Positions 30,652 through 39,648 of a stretch of 64,000 bases of DNA are shown one piece after another (the first letter of the stretch is position 1; each line of letters starts with the position of its first letter). Origin of the DNA: an uncultured Clostridium sp. GTDB taxonomy: Bacteria; Bacillota; Clostridia; TANB77; CAG-508. Where the stretch lies: positions 2,812 through 66,811 of the forward strand of contig URWN01000003.1 of assembly GCA_900551615.1 (NCBI GenBank), read 5' to 3'. The position numbers and the translations under genes were made by a program. The notes under the pieces are model-generated. The model was not told where the DNA came from. It worked only from the letters and a program-made list of their open reading frames with translations, and did not search any database.

Positions 30652-31491
30652 ATGAATGAAATTTTACAAGCACTAGTTTTAGGAGTAGTTCAAGGATTAA
30701 CAGAATTATTACCAATATCAAGTTCAGCACACTTAAACTTATTTCCATGGATATTTGGATGGAACGAGATAAGCCCATCATTTGATGTGGCACTACATAT
30801 AGGAACATTATTTGCAATAGTTTTATTTTTCTTTAAAGATTGGGTAAATCTAATAAAAGGTGGATATAAACAAGTCGTAAAAAAAGAAAAATCAACAGAA
30901 GGAAAAATATTTTGGTACATAGTAATATCAACAATTCCAACAGGAATTTTATGCTTAGTATTAGATAAACTTTCAGGAAAACTAATAGAAAAACTTGCTA
31001 CAGCTTTCAATGTTCAAGAAACATTAGTAGAAATGTTTATGATAGCGATTGCGTTAATTGTAATGGGTATAATTTTATATGTGGTAGATAAAAAATCAAA
31101 ATCAGAAATTGAATATAAAGATATGACTTTTAAACAATCACTTTTGATTGCAATGTCACAAGCAATAGCAGCAGCTTTCCCTGGAGTATCAAGATCAGGA
31201 ATTACAATGACAGTAGGTAGGGGAATGGGATTAAAAAGAGAATCAGTAGCAAAATATTCATTTTTATTATCAACACCAGTTGTTGCAGCAGCAGCATTAT
31301 TTGATTTAAAAGATTTTGTATTTAATCCAGCATTTTTTGTAGGTGTATTAGCTAGTTTCGTAGTAGGTGTATTGGTAATTAAATTTTTATTAAATTATCT
31401 ACAAAAAGGAAGCTTTAAAGTATTTGCAATTTATAGAGTAATTTTAGGATTATTTGTTATTGGATTATGTATTTCAAGATTACATATGTAA
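30652..31491 (+). CDS. uppP: Undecaprenyl-diphosphate phosphatase
   Basis: GVVQGLTELLPISSSAHL and PGVSRSG motifs. About 8 predicted TM helices. Confidence 0.93.
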   Translation: MNEILQALVLGVVQGLTELLPISSSAHLNLFPWIFGWNEISPSFDVALHIGTLFAIVLFFFKDWVNLIKGGYKQVVKKEKSTEGKIFWYIVISTIPTGILCLVLDKLSGKLIEKLATAFNVQETLVEMFMIAIALIVMGIILYVVDKKSKSEIEYKDMTFKQSLLIAMSQAIAAAFPGVSRSGITMTVGRGMGLKRESVAKYSFLLSTPVVAAAALFDLKDFVFNPAFFVGVLASFVVGVLVIKFLLNYLQKGSFKVFAIYRVILGLFVIGLCISRLHM

Positions 31492-31496
31492 AAAAA

Positions 31497-31535
31497 ATTC
31501 GGATTGAGAGAAAATTTTCAATCCGAATTTTTTTA
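31497..31535. terminator. Bidirectional terminator
   Basis: ATTCGGATTGA ... TCAATCCGAAT stem flanked by an A-run and a T-run, between convergent uppP and the VWA gene. Confidence 0.8.
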
Positions 31536-31538
31536 TTT

Positions 31539-32894
31539 TTATTTCATGCTATTTGTAACTACAATATATTTAATACCAAATGCAGTAGCTATTACTAAAA
31601 CAATTCCCATAAATCCAAAGAATATAGTTGAACCAGCTTTAGGTAGTACTGTAGGTAATTGTTCTGTAAGTTTAACTTTTGGAGTTACATCAGAACTTTT
31701 TGTATTGGTTTTATTATCTGAATCAGTGTAAGATAAATCTAATTTTGTATTAGTATTTAATACTTTATTAATAATATCTTCACTATAATTTGTTTTTAAT
31801 TTTAATTTGTATTGAACAATTGCAGTCTCTCCAGATTTTAGTTCTGGAATTGTCCATAAAATTGAATTTGTTTTTGTATCAATTTTATCTGAAATAGTTC
31901 CAATATTAGGATTTTTTACATAAGAAAAATCGAAGTTTTCAACTATTTCTTTAGTAAAATAATCAGTAACTTTTAAGTTTGTAAAAGATTTTGATACTGG
32001 TAATAAGTCTTTGTAAATATCATTTGTTATTGTAGTTTCTATTTTATCATCAGTTACATAATAGAATTTACCAATTGTTGGTTTTTCAGTAGTTCCAAAA
32101 ACAGATTCAATAATTTGATTGTATGTTTTTGTTGAAGGTGTAGCTGTTGCTTCACCATTTGAAATACCAGTAAGCATTATATAAACATTGTCTGTAACTT
32201 TTGAAAGTGATTGTAATTCAGCTTTTGTTTTTGCAATAACATCATCTGAATAGTAATTTTTGTCATAATTAATAGCAACGTTTGGAACACCATCTGATAA
32301 AACTATAATATATTTATGAGAATTATCAGTTTTGTCGGAAAAAGATTCTTTAGCTAAATTAACACCTGCTTGTAAGTCTGTTCTTGGTCCATCATATTGA
32401 ATATTTGAAATTGATTTTATTAATTTGCTTGAATCATTTGTTAATGCAGAAACTAATTTTGCATCTTCAATTGTTCCTTCTTTAGAAATATCTGTATTTG
32501 TTGAAAAACTTACAGCTCCTATTTTTAATTGAGTATTATCTTTTAATAGATTTGTAATTAAAGTTTTTGCAGAATCTATAACTAAATCTTCTCTGGTTTT
32601 TCCATTTGATGTAGTATCTATCATACTTTTTGAGTTATCAATAACAAGCATTACTTCACCAGTTGGTTTTGATGATTCTTCATTGTTTGTTACTTTTAAT
32701 TGTAATGTTATTTCTTTGTTTTTTAAATCTTTTGAAATAACACTTCTTTCTACTGTTGATTTTGTCCCAAAGTTAATTGTAGCTGTTGACTCTTCCACAA
32801 CAGTCATTGTTACATCATTATATGCAGCACTTGAAATTGTTGCAATTAATGTAATTAGTAAAAATAAAGTTAGTAAAATTTTTGATTTTTTCAT
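31539..32894 (-). CDS. Cell-surface von Willebrand factor A-domain protein with a sortase-type C-terminal anchor
   Basis: Signal peptide MKKSKILLTLFLLITLIATISSA, MIDAS DNSKS (VMLVIDNSKSM), and C-terminal LPKAG (31632..31646) followed by a hydrophobic helix and a Lys-containing tail. Confidence 0.75.
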   Translation of the reverse strand: MKKSKILLTLFLLITLIATISSAAYNDVTMTVVEESTATINFGTKSTVERSVISKDLKNKEITLQLKVTNNEESSKPTGEVMLVIDNSKSMIDTTSNGKTREDLVIDSAKTLITNLLKDNTQLKIGAVSFSTNTDISKEGTIEDAKLVSALTNDSSKLIKSISNIQYDGPRTDLQAGVNLAKESFSDKTDNSHKYIIVLSDGVPNVAINYDKNYYSDDVIAKTKAELQSLSKVTDNVYIMLTGISNGEATATPSTKTYNQIIESVFGTTEKPTIGKFYYVTDDKIETTITNDIYKDLLPVSKSFTNLKVTDYFTKEIVENFDFSYVKNPNIGTISDKIDTKTNSILWTIPELKSGETAIVQYKLKLKTNYSEDIINKVLNTNTKLDLSYTDSDNKTNTKSSDVTPKVKLTEQLPTVLPKAGSTIFFGFMGIVLVIATAFGIKYIVVTNSMK

Positions 32895-32913
32895 TTGAAC
32901 ATTTCTCCTTTTT

Positions 32914-32945
32914 ATATATTTGTATACATTTTAATACAAATATAT
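32914..32945. promoter_or_regulatory. 12-bp perfect inverted repeat in the leader of the VWA gene
   Basis: ATATATTTGTAT-acatttta-ATACAAATATAT, immediately upstream of the - strand RBS. Confidence 0.3.
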
Positions 32946-33131
32946 GCAAAAAACAATGATTTTTTTGAAATTTTATAAATAAAAAGCTAAGGCAATTATT
33001 GTAAGATGTCTTAGTTTTTAAGATTAGTGTTTGTAAAAATAAAATATTAGAACATAATTTTACTAGAAATTTATTAAAAATTGTGCTATTATATATATTA
33101 CATAAAAAAACAAAAAGTAGGAGAGACAAAA

Positions 33132-34970
33132 ATGTTAGAAAAAATAAATTCATCAGAAGATGTAAAAAAACTGAAAATAGAAGAAAAAAAGAAACTAGCA
33201 CAAGAAATAAGAGAATATATATTACAAGTAGTATCAGAAAATGGAGGGCACTTAGCATCAAACCTAGGAGTGGTAGAATTAACACTGGCGTTACATAGTG
33301 TATTTAATACTCCAAAAGACAAAATAGTATGGGATGTTGGACATCAAGCATATACACATAAAATAATAACAGGAAGAAGAGAACAATTTAAAACGTTGAG
33401 GCAAAAAGATGGACTTGCAGGTTTTCCAAAAACAAGTGAATCAGAATATGATAGTTTTAATACAGGACATAGTAGCACATCAATATCAGCGGCATTAGGA
33501 ATGGCAAGAGCAAGAGATTTAAAAGGTGAAAATAATCAAGTAATTGCAGTAATAGGTGATGGTGCATTAACAGGCGGAATGGCATTAGAAGCATTGAACG
33601 ATGCAGGCTTTAGCAAAACACATATGACAGTTATATTAAATGATAATGAAATGAGTATATCTAAAAATATTGGTGGATTAAATATGTTTTTAAGCAAATT
33701 AAGAACAAAAAAATTATATACAAAATCAAACATATCGGGTAAAAAAGTAATTAGTAAAGTACCAATTATTGGAAAATCAATAGTAAGAATAGTTCAAAAA
33801 ATTAAAAGAAGCATAAAACAATTAATAATACCAAAAATGTTTTTTGAAGATATAGGTTTTACATATTTAGGACCAGTTGATGGACATGATATTGAACAAT
33901 TAGAAAATATAATGAGACTTAGTAAACAAGTAACAGGACCAGTGTTAATACATGTATTAACAAAAAAAGGAAAAGGATATAAAATAGCAGAAGAAAATCC
34001 AGACAAATTCCATGCAACAGCACCATTTGATATTGAAACAGGAAAAACAAAAAAAGAAAAAAAGGAAGATTATTCAAAAATATTTGGAGAAAAATTAGTA
34101 AAATTGGCTGCAAATGATAAAAGAATTGTAGCTGTTACAGCATCTATGAAAGATGGTACAGGACTTACAAAATTTGCAAAAGAATTTCCAACAAGATTTT
34201 TTGATATAGGAATTGCAGAGCAACATGCGTTAACAATGGCAGCAGGAATGGCAAAGGAAGGAATGATACCATTTGTGCCAATATATTCATCATTTTATCA
34301 AAGAGCTTATGATCAAGTAATACATGACATAGCAATGCAAAATCTACCAGTAATAATGTGTGTAGATAGGGCCGGAATTGTAGGGGCAGACGGAGAAACG
34401 CATCAAGGTACATTAGATATGGCATTTTTTAGATTAATACCAAATTTAACAATAATGGCACCAAAAGATTTTAAAGAATTAGAAGATATGATGGAATTTG
34501 CAGTTAAATTAAATAAACCAGTTGTTATAAGATATCCAAGAGGTGGACAAGATGAAAATATAAAATTTGAAGAACATCAAGAAATAGAATTAGGAAAATC
34601 AGAAATTTTAAAAGAAGGAAAAGACATTAGTATTATAGCAATTGGAAAAAGAGTAGCAGATGCAATGAAAATGGCTGAAAAATATAAAAAAGAAGATGGA
34701 ATTGAAGCAGAAGTTGTAAATGCAAGATTTTTAAAACCATTAGATGTGGAAACTATAAAAAAATCAATTGAAAAAACAAAAAATGTAATAACAATAGAAG
34801 ATGGCACAAAAATTAATGGATTAGGAACAGCTATTGAAGAATTAATAGCGGAAAATAATTTACAAAATATTAAATTTGAAAAACAAGCATGGCCGGATGA
34901 ATTTTTAAAGCAAGGGACCACTTGGGACGTTTCTGATGGTACAAAAATGTCCCAAAGGAACCGAGGTTGA
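33132..34970 (+). CDS. dxs: 1-deoxy-D-xylulose-5-phosphate synthase, with a repeat-derived C-terminus
   Basis: ATG 33132 after GGAGAG. GGHLASNLGVVELT, GHSSTSISAALG, GDGALTGGMALEALN (TPP motif). The tail after PDEFLKQG is encoded by degenerate REP copies. Confidence 0.92.
   Translation: MLEKINSSEDVKKLKIEEKKKLAQEIREYILQVVSENGGHLASNLGVVELTLALHSVFNTPKDKIVWDVGHQAYTHKIITGRREQFKTLRQKDGLAGFPKTSESEYDSFNTGHSSTSISAALGMARARDLKGENNQVIAVIGDGALTGGMALEALNDAGFSKTHMTVILNDNEMSISKNIGGLNMFLSKLRTKKLYTKSNISGKKVISKVPIIGKSIVRIVQKIKRSIKQLIIPKMFFEDIGFTYLGPVDGHDIEQLENIMRLSKQVTGPVLIHVLTKKGKGYKIAEENPDKFHATAPFDIETGKTKKEKKEDYSKIFGEKLVKLAANDKRIVAVTASMKDGTGLTKFAKEFPTRFFDIGIAEQHALTMAAGMAKEGMIPFVPIYSSFYQRAYDQVIHDIAMQNLPVIMCVDRAGIVGADGETHQGTLDMAFFRLIPNLTIMAPKDFKELEDMMEFAVKLNKPVVIRYPRGGQDENIKFEEHQEIELGKSEILKEGKDISIIAIGKRVADAMKMAEKYKKEDGIEAEVVNARFLKPLDVETIKKSIEKTKNVITIEDGTKINGLGTAIEELIAENNLQNIKFEKQAWPDEFLKQGTTWDVSDGTKMSQRNRG
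34914..34966. repeat. Two degenerate, mutually inverted subfamily A fragments inside the dxs 3' end
   Basis: GGGACCACTTGGGACGTTTCTGATGGTACA and TGTCCCAAAGGAACCGAGG. Confidence 0.6.
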
Positions 34971-34990
34971 ATAAAATTTATAACTAAAAA

Positions 34991-35019
34991 TGTCCAAAAA
35001 GAACCGTCCCTTTTGGACA
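34991..35019 (+). repeat. REP-like palindromic repeat, subfamily A (perfect)
   Basis: TGTCCAAAAAGAACCGTCCCTTTTGGACA between dxs and the ylmH-like gene. Confidence 0.9.
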
Positions 35020-35041
35020 TATTGGGCAAGAAGGAGGAAAA

Positions 35042-35845
35042 ATGGATAAACAAAAAATTTTAAGTGACTATAAAAAACAAGAAGATAAAATACTGTTAGC
35101 ACAAATATTAGATAAAATTGAATTCTCAAAACAAAGAGAAAAATTAGAATATACAGACTTTTTAGATATGTATCAAGTTGCATTAGTAAAAACATTTATG
35201 AAAAAAATAGAGTTTTTAAATTATGTTTTATATGGTGGATTTGAAAATGCAGAAAGAAATATACTCATAATATATCCTGAAAAATACGATATGAGTATGG
35301 TAGAAAAAAACTATTCAAAAATAATTAAAGTTATTAGAGTTTCATTAGGTGATGAAGAAAAAGGAAAATATATTCATAGAAATTATTTAGGTGGAATTAT
35401 TAAATTAGGAATGAAAAGGGAAAAAGTAGGAGATATATTGGTTTCAGAAGATGGAGCGGATATTTTAGTAAAAGAAGAAACTGTTGAAACATTGAAACAG
35501 GAATTAGGAACTTTAACAAGATTTGAAAATGCAAAAATAGAAATTGTAGAATTACAAGAATTAAGAGAACAAGAAATAAAAGTAGAAGAAATGAATATAA
35601 TTGTTCCATCTTTGAGACTTGATAATTTTGTTTCAGATTTAGCAAGGACTTCTAGAAGCAAGGCTGTTCAAATTATTGATAGTGAAAGAGTTTTTATTAA
35701 CGGTCAGAATGAAACAAAGGCTTCAAAACAAGTGAAATTAGGTGATGTTATAACAATTAGAGGAAAGGGAAGATTTGTTGTTAAAGAATTTGGTGGAAAT
35801 ACTAGAAGTGGCAGAACAGTTGTAAAAATAGAAAAATATGTGTAA
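35042..35845 (+). CDS. ylmH: YlmH-like S4-domain RNA-binding protein
   Basis: N-terminal ...LAQILDKIE...YTDFLD and C-terminal S4 motif LRLDNFVSDLARTSRSKAVQII..RVFINGQ. Confidence 0.6.
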   Translation: MDKQKILSDYKKQEDKILLAQILDKIEFSKQREKLEYTDFLDMYQVALVKTFMKKIEFLNYVLYGGFENAERNILIIYPEKYDMSMVEKNYSKIIKVIRVSLGDEEKGKYIHRNYLGGIIKLGMKREKVGDILVSEDGADILVKEETVETLKQELGTLTRFENAKIEIVELQELREQEIKVEEMNIIVPSLRLDNFVSDLARTSRSKAVQIIDSERVFINGQNETKASKQVKLGDVITIRGKGRFVVKEFGGNTRSGRTVVKIEKYV

Positions 35846-35905
35846 ATATGTTGGATATAAGTTATAAAAAATATGAAAATTTTAAGATTAGTAAGGAGTA
35901 AAAAT

Positions 35906-36487
35906 ATGATAATAGGAATAGATATAGATGACACATTAACAGATATAAGAGATGAAGTTGGAGCAGAAGCGTTAAAATATGCTAAAAGTTTGAATAAGGA
36001 AATTGATGAAAAAAAAGTAGTTTGGGATAAAAATAATAATGGTAGTAGTTTTAAAGAAAGATATAATTTGAATTATGATGAACTACTATACTTTTTCGGA
36101 AATATCCAAGAAAAAATAACAAAAAAAGCTAAACCAAGAGAAGATGTTGTGGAAGTATTGAAAAATTTAAGAAAAGATGGACATAAAATATATATTGTAA
36201 CTGCTAGAGACAGTGAGTTTCACCATGATCCATATGGATTAAGTAAAACATGGCTTGACAAAAATAATATAGAATATGATAAATTAATTGTTGATGCAAG
36301 AGATAAAGCAAAAGTATGTAAGGAACAAAATGTAGATTTATTTATAGATGATAAATTATCAAATTGTCAAGGCGTTTCAAATGAGGGGATTACAACAATT
36401 AGAATAACAAATTATACAGATCCACATCAAAATATAATAAATAAGAAAAATTGGAAAGAAATATATGAATATATAAAACAATTATAA
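35906..36487 (+). CDS. HAD-superfamily 5'(3')-nucleotidase-like hydrolase
   Basis: AAGGAG precedes ATG 35906. The DxDxT nucleophile motif GIDIDDTLTD is at the N-terminus, with IVTARD and FIDD motifs downstream. Confidence 0.6.
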   Translation: MIIGIDIDDTLTDIRDEVGAEALKYAKSLNKEIDEKKVVWDKNNNGSSFKERYNLNYDELLYFFGNIQEKITKKAKPREDVVEVLKNLRKDGHKIYIVTARDSEFHHDPYGLSKTWLDKNNIEYDKLIVDARDKAKVCKEQNVDLFIDDKLSNCQGVSNEGITTIRITNYTDPHQNIINKKNWKEIYEYIKQL

Positions 36488-36493
36488 AATAAT

Positions 36494-36529
36494 AAAGTCC
36501 TTTTGAAAAATGACTATCAAAAGGACTTT
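36494..36529. terminator. Bidirectional terminator
   Basis: 13-bp stem AAAGTCCTTTTGA / TCAAAAGGACTTT between convergent genes. Confidence 0.75.
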
Positions 36530-36578
36530 AAAATGTTATATAAGTAAGTTCATAAGTTTAATTAATATCTATTTTATA

Positions 36579-37019
36579 TTATAAATGTTTACTCATTATA
36601 ATGGCATCACTTTCACCATTATAATATTTTTTTCTAATACCTAATCTATCAAAAGAAAACTTATCATATAAACGAATAGCAGAAAGGTTATTTTCATTAA
36701 CTTCCAAAGTAATAGTTTTTAAATTTAATTTTTTTGAATAATTAATTAAATCATCTAATAAAATAGAGCCAATACCATTATGTCTAAAATCTTTTTTTAC
36801 AACAATATTCATGATATTTGCTTCATCTAAAATAACTTTTAAACCTGCAAAACCAACAATAATATTTTCGCTATTTTTTGCAACTATTACATAAGAATTA
36901 TCACATTCTAATTCATCCTCTAATACATCATAACTCCAAAAGTTATCAAAATTAGAAGATAGAATATCTTTAATACTTTTTAAATCTTCAATAGACATTT
37001 TACTAATTTCAAAATCCAT
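36579..37019 (-). CDS. rimI: Ribosomal-protein-alanine N-acetyltransferase
   Basis: GNAT fold with RHNGIGSILL acetyl-CoA motif. Position downstream of tsaE-tsaB. Confidence 0.8.
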   Translation of the reverse strand: MDFEISKMSIEDLKSIKDILSSNFDNFWSYDVLEDELECDNSYVIVAKNSENIIVGFAGLKVILDEANIMNIVVKKDFRHNGIGSILLDDLINYSKKLNLKTITLEVNENNLSAIRLYDKFSFDRLGIRKKYYNGESDAIIMSKHL

Positions 37020-37029
37020 AATTAATCTC

Positions 37030-37698
37030 CTAAATATTTGATTTTAATTTAGCCTCTAATTGAATTTGGGCTTGAGGCTTTTTTAAGTATAATGGCAAAA
37101 TATTTTCACCAATTTTATTTTGTGCTATAAATTTTTTATATCCTGCAATTCCTAAATTTTCAACATTTAAATAGTTAAAAATATCTATTGAAGTGGAAGA
37201 GATTCCGTCTCCAACAAAAGAAATATTTTTATTTTGATATTTGTCATTTAATAATTCTAAAACTTCATTAACAGATTTTGAACAAGGTTCTTGTAAAACA
37301 TTATAATTTTCAGATATTAGTTCATACAAGGCAAAATAGCAATTGTCATTTTTGCAATCAATAGTACTACAAATAATTCCGCCTTTTTTAATGTTGTAAG
37401 CTAAAACCTCTAAACTAGAAATTCCAATGCATGGAATATTTATGCTGTCAGAAAAAGCCTTGCAAGTAGCAACTCCAATTCTTATACCAGTAAAAGAACC
37501 AGGACCTATATCAGATACTAATAAATCAATATCTTTTAAACTTAAGTTACATTCTTTAAGTAGTTGTTGAACTAGAGGCATTAGTGTTTCAGAATGTGTA
37601 AGACCATTATCTAATTCTAATTTTTTTATTAAACTTGTATCTTCCAAAATTGCAACACTGCACAATTTACTAGAAGTATCAATAGCTAAAACTTTCAA
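37030..37698 (-). CDS. tsaB: tRNA t6A37 biosynthesis protein TsaB
   Basis: MKVLAIDTSS...GPGSFTGIRIGVA motif. Confidence 0.85.
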   Translation of the reverse strand: MKVLAIDTSSKLCSVAILEDTSLIKKLELDNGLTHSETLMPLVQQLLKECNLSLKDIDLLVSDIGPGSFTGIRIGVATCKAFSDSINIPCIGISSLEVLAYNIKKGGIICSTIDCKNDNCYFALYELISENYNVLQEPCSKSVNEVLELLNDKYQNKNISFVGDGISSTSIDIFNYLNVENLGIAGYKKFIAQNKIGENILPLYLKKPQAQIQLEAKLKSNI

Positions 37699-37700
37699 AA

Positions 37701-38171
37701 TTATTCTCCTTTCAAAGTATCAATAATATCATCATATTTTTTGCCAAGTGATTGAATATTTAAAATTCTTTCATTTTCATTTAATTCGTTTCTTGTAAAA
37801 TTAATTTTAATGTATTCATTTGGAAGAGCATCTTGAATTAGTTCACCCCATTCAATCAGGCATATACCATTTTCAAAATATTCTTCTCCGCCAATTGCAT
37901 AGAACTCAGAAGAGTCTTCTAATCTGTAAACATCAAAATGGTAAATGTTAATATCATTTTTTTTATATTCATTTACAATAGTAAAAGTAGGGCTTGAAAT
38001 TTCGTTTTCTAGACCAAAATAAGATAAAAAGCCTTCAGTAAATTTTGTCTTTCCAGAGCCTAATTCACCACAAAGTACTATTAAATCACCTTTTTTTAGT
38101 TTTGAGGCTAGTACTTTTGCTATTTTTTTTGTATCATTTTCAGATTTTGAATTATATATATAATTTTTCAT
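37701..38171 (-). CDS. tsaE: tRNA t6A37 biosynthesis ATPase TsaE
   Basis: LCGELGSGKTKFT P-loop, SPTFT..., HFDVYRL. Confidence 0.88.
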   Translation of the reverse strand: MKNYIYNSKSENDTKKIAKVLASKLKKGDLIVLCGELGSGKTKFTEGFLSYFGLENEISSPTFTIVNEYKKNDINIYHFDVYRLEDSSEFYAIGGEEYFENGICLIEWGELIQDALPNEYIKINFTRNELNENERILNIQSLGKKYDDIIDTLKGE

Positions 38172-38234
38172 TTAAATCTCCTAAAAATTTTATATAAATT
38201 ATTATAAATTGCAATTCATTTATATATTTTGTTG

Positions 38235-38383
38235 AAAAGGTTGTATATATAATATTTTAAATTGAGTTTGAACTGATTAATTTATTAATATTTATGTTTG
38301 TAGTGTGTATCTATGATTTGAATTTGTAGTATCTTAAACGCCTTGGAAAACGGGAATTTCAAATATTATAAATACAACCTTTT
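38235..38383. repeat. 22-bp inverted repeat (1 mismatch) enclosing 105 bp in the tsaE/mreB divergent intergenic region
   Basis: AAAAGGTTGTATATATAATATT (38235-38256) against AATATTATAAATACAACCTTTT (38362-38383). Confidence 0.5.
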
Positions 38384-38445
38384 ATTTATGTAATTTTGAT
38401 TGTAACTATTATAATATAAAAAAACAAAAAATTCAATGAAATCTA

Positions 38446-38474
38446 TTGATAAATTTTATTAATTGTAATATAAT
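38446..38474 (+). promoter_or_regulatory. Putative SigA promoter of mreB
   Basis: TTGATA, a 17-bp spacer, then TATAAT. Confidence 0.55.
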
Positions 38475-38506
38475 CGTAACGAAAATGTAACAAAAGTGAA
38501 ACAAAT
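38463..38506 (+). repeat. Four 11-bp-phased GTAAC-type units
   Basis: TTGTAATATAA / TCGTAACGAAA / ATGTAACAAAA / GTGAAACAAAT, spanning the -10 and the mreB 5' leader. Confidence 0.55.
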
Positions 38507-38529
38507 AAAAAAGGAAGGGAAGAAGTTAC

Positions 38530-39537
38530 GTGTTAAAATTTGGATTTGGACAAGATGTTGGAATAGATTTAGGAACAGCAACAGTAATTGTATATATAAA
38601 AGGAAAAGGAATAGTATTAAGAGAACCATCAGTAGTAGCTGTAGATAGAAACTCAGGAGATGTATTAGCAGTTGGTGGAGAAGCAAGAAGAATGATAGGA
38701 AGAACACCAGGAAACATAATAGCAACAAGACCATTAAGAGACGGTGTAATTTCTGATTATACAGTAACAGAAAAAATGTTAAAACATTTTATAGGAAAAG
38801 TATGTGGAAAATCAATATTTGCACCAAGAATAATGATTTGTATACCATCACAAGTAACAGAAGTTGAAAAAAAGGCAGTAATAGATGCTGCAATTCAAGC
38901 AGGAGCAAGGAAAGTGTATCTAATAGAAGAGCCAATAGCAGCAGCAATAGGAGCTGGAATAGATATATCAAAACCATGTGGAAATATGGTAGTAGATATT
39001 GGTGGTGGAACAACAGACATAGCAGTAATCTCATTGGGAGGCTCAGTTGTAAGTACATCTTTAAAAGTTGCTGGAGATAAATTTGATGAATATATAGTAA
39101 AATATATTAAGAAAAAACATAATATAGCAATAGGTGAAAGAACAGCAGAAGACCTAAAAATCAATATAGGATGTGTATATCCAAAAATCCAAGACACAGA
39201 AATGGATATAAGAGGAAGAGACTTAACAACAGGATTACCAAAAACAATAACTGTACATTCAAGCGAAATGTTAGAAGCATTAATAGAACCAGCAATGATG
39301 ATTGTTGATGCAGTTCATAGTGTATTAGAAAGAACACCACCAGAATTAGCAGCAGACATAAGTGACAAAGGAATATATATGACAGGTGGAGGTTGCTTAA
39401 TAGATGGACTTGATAAGTTATTACAAGAAAAAACAGGTATAAATGTAATGATTGCTCAAGACTCAATTTCATGTGTAGCATTAGGAACAGGAAAAGCATT
39501 AGATAACTTAGATACATTAGATGGAAAATCAAAATAA
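38530..39537 (+). CDS. mreB: Rod-shape-determining actin homolog MreB/Mbl
   Basis: GTG start. DLGTATVIVY, EPIAAAIGAG, VVDIGGGTTD, MTGGG motifs. Confidence 0.95.
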   Translation: MLKFGFGQDVGIDLGTATVIVYIKGKGIVLREPSVVAVDRNSGDVLAVGGEARRMIGRTPGNIIATRPLRDGVISDYTVTEKMLKHFIGKVCGKSIFAPRIMICIPSQVTEVEKKAVIDAAIQAGARKVYLIEEPIAAAIGAGIDISKPCGNMVVDIGGGTTDIAVISLGGSVVSTSLKVAGDKFDEYIVKYIKKKHNIAIGERTAEDLKINIGCVYPKIQDTEMDIRGRDLTTGLPKTITVHSSEMLEALIEPAMMIVDAVHSVLERTPPELAADISDKGIYMTGGGCLIDGLDKLLQEKTGINVMIAQDSISCVALGTGKALDNLDTLDGKSK

Positions 39538-39543
39538 AAATAA

Positions 39544-39572
39544 GTGTCCTTTTGGGACGGTTCTTTTTGGAC
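39544..39572 (-). repeat. REP-like palindromic repeat, subfamily A variant
   Basis: TGTCCTTTTGGGACGGTTCTTTTTGGACA. The left arm has TTTT in place of AAAA, which breaks the long stem. Confidence 0.8.
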
Positions 39573-39648
39573 ATCGTCTTTTAAAAGGACATTTTTAAAT
39601 ATGGATTTATAGTTGTTTTAAAAGAACACAAATGGAAGGAAAAATAAA

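Noticed and set aside
36494-36529. Whether the hairpin AAAGTCCTTTTGA...TCAAAAGGACTTT is another member of the GTCC repeat family.
   Set aside because: It lacks the CGTCCC/GGGACG loop core and sits exactly where a bidirectional terminator is expected between convergent genes. I treated it as a terminator.
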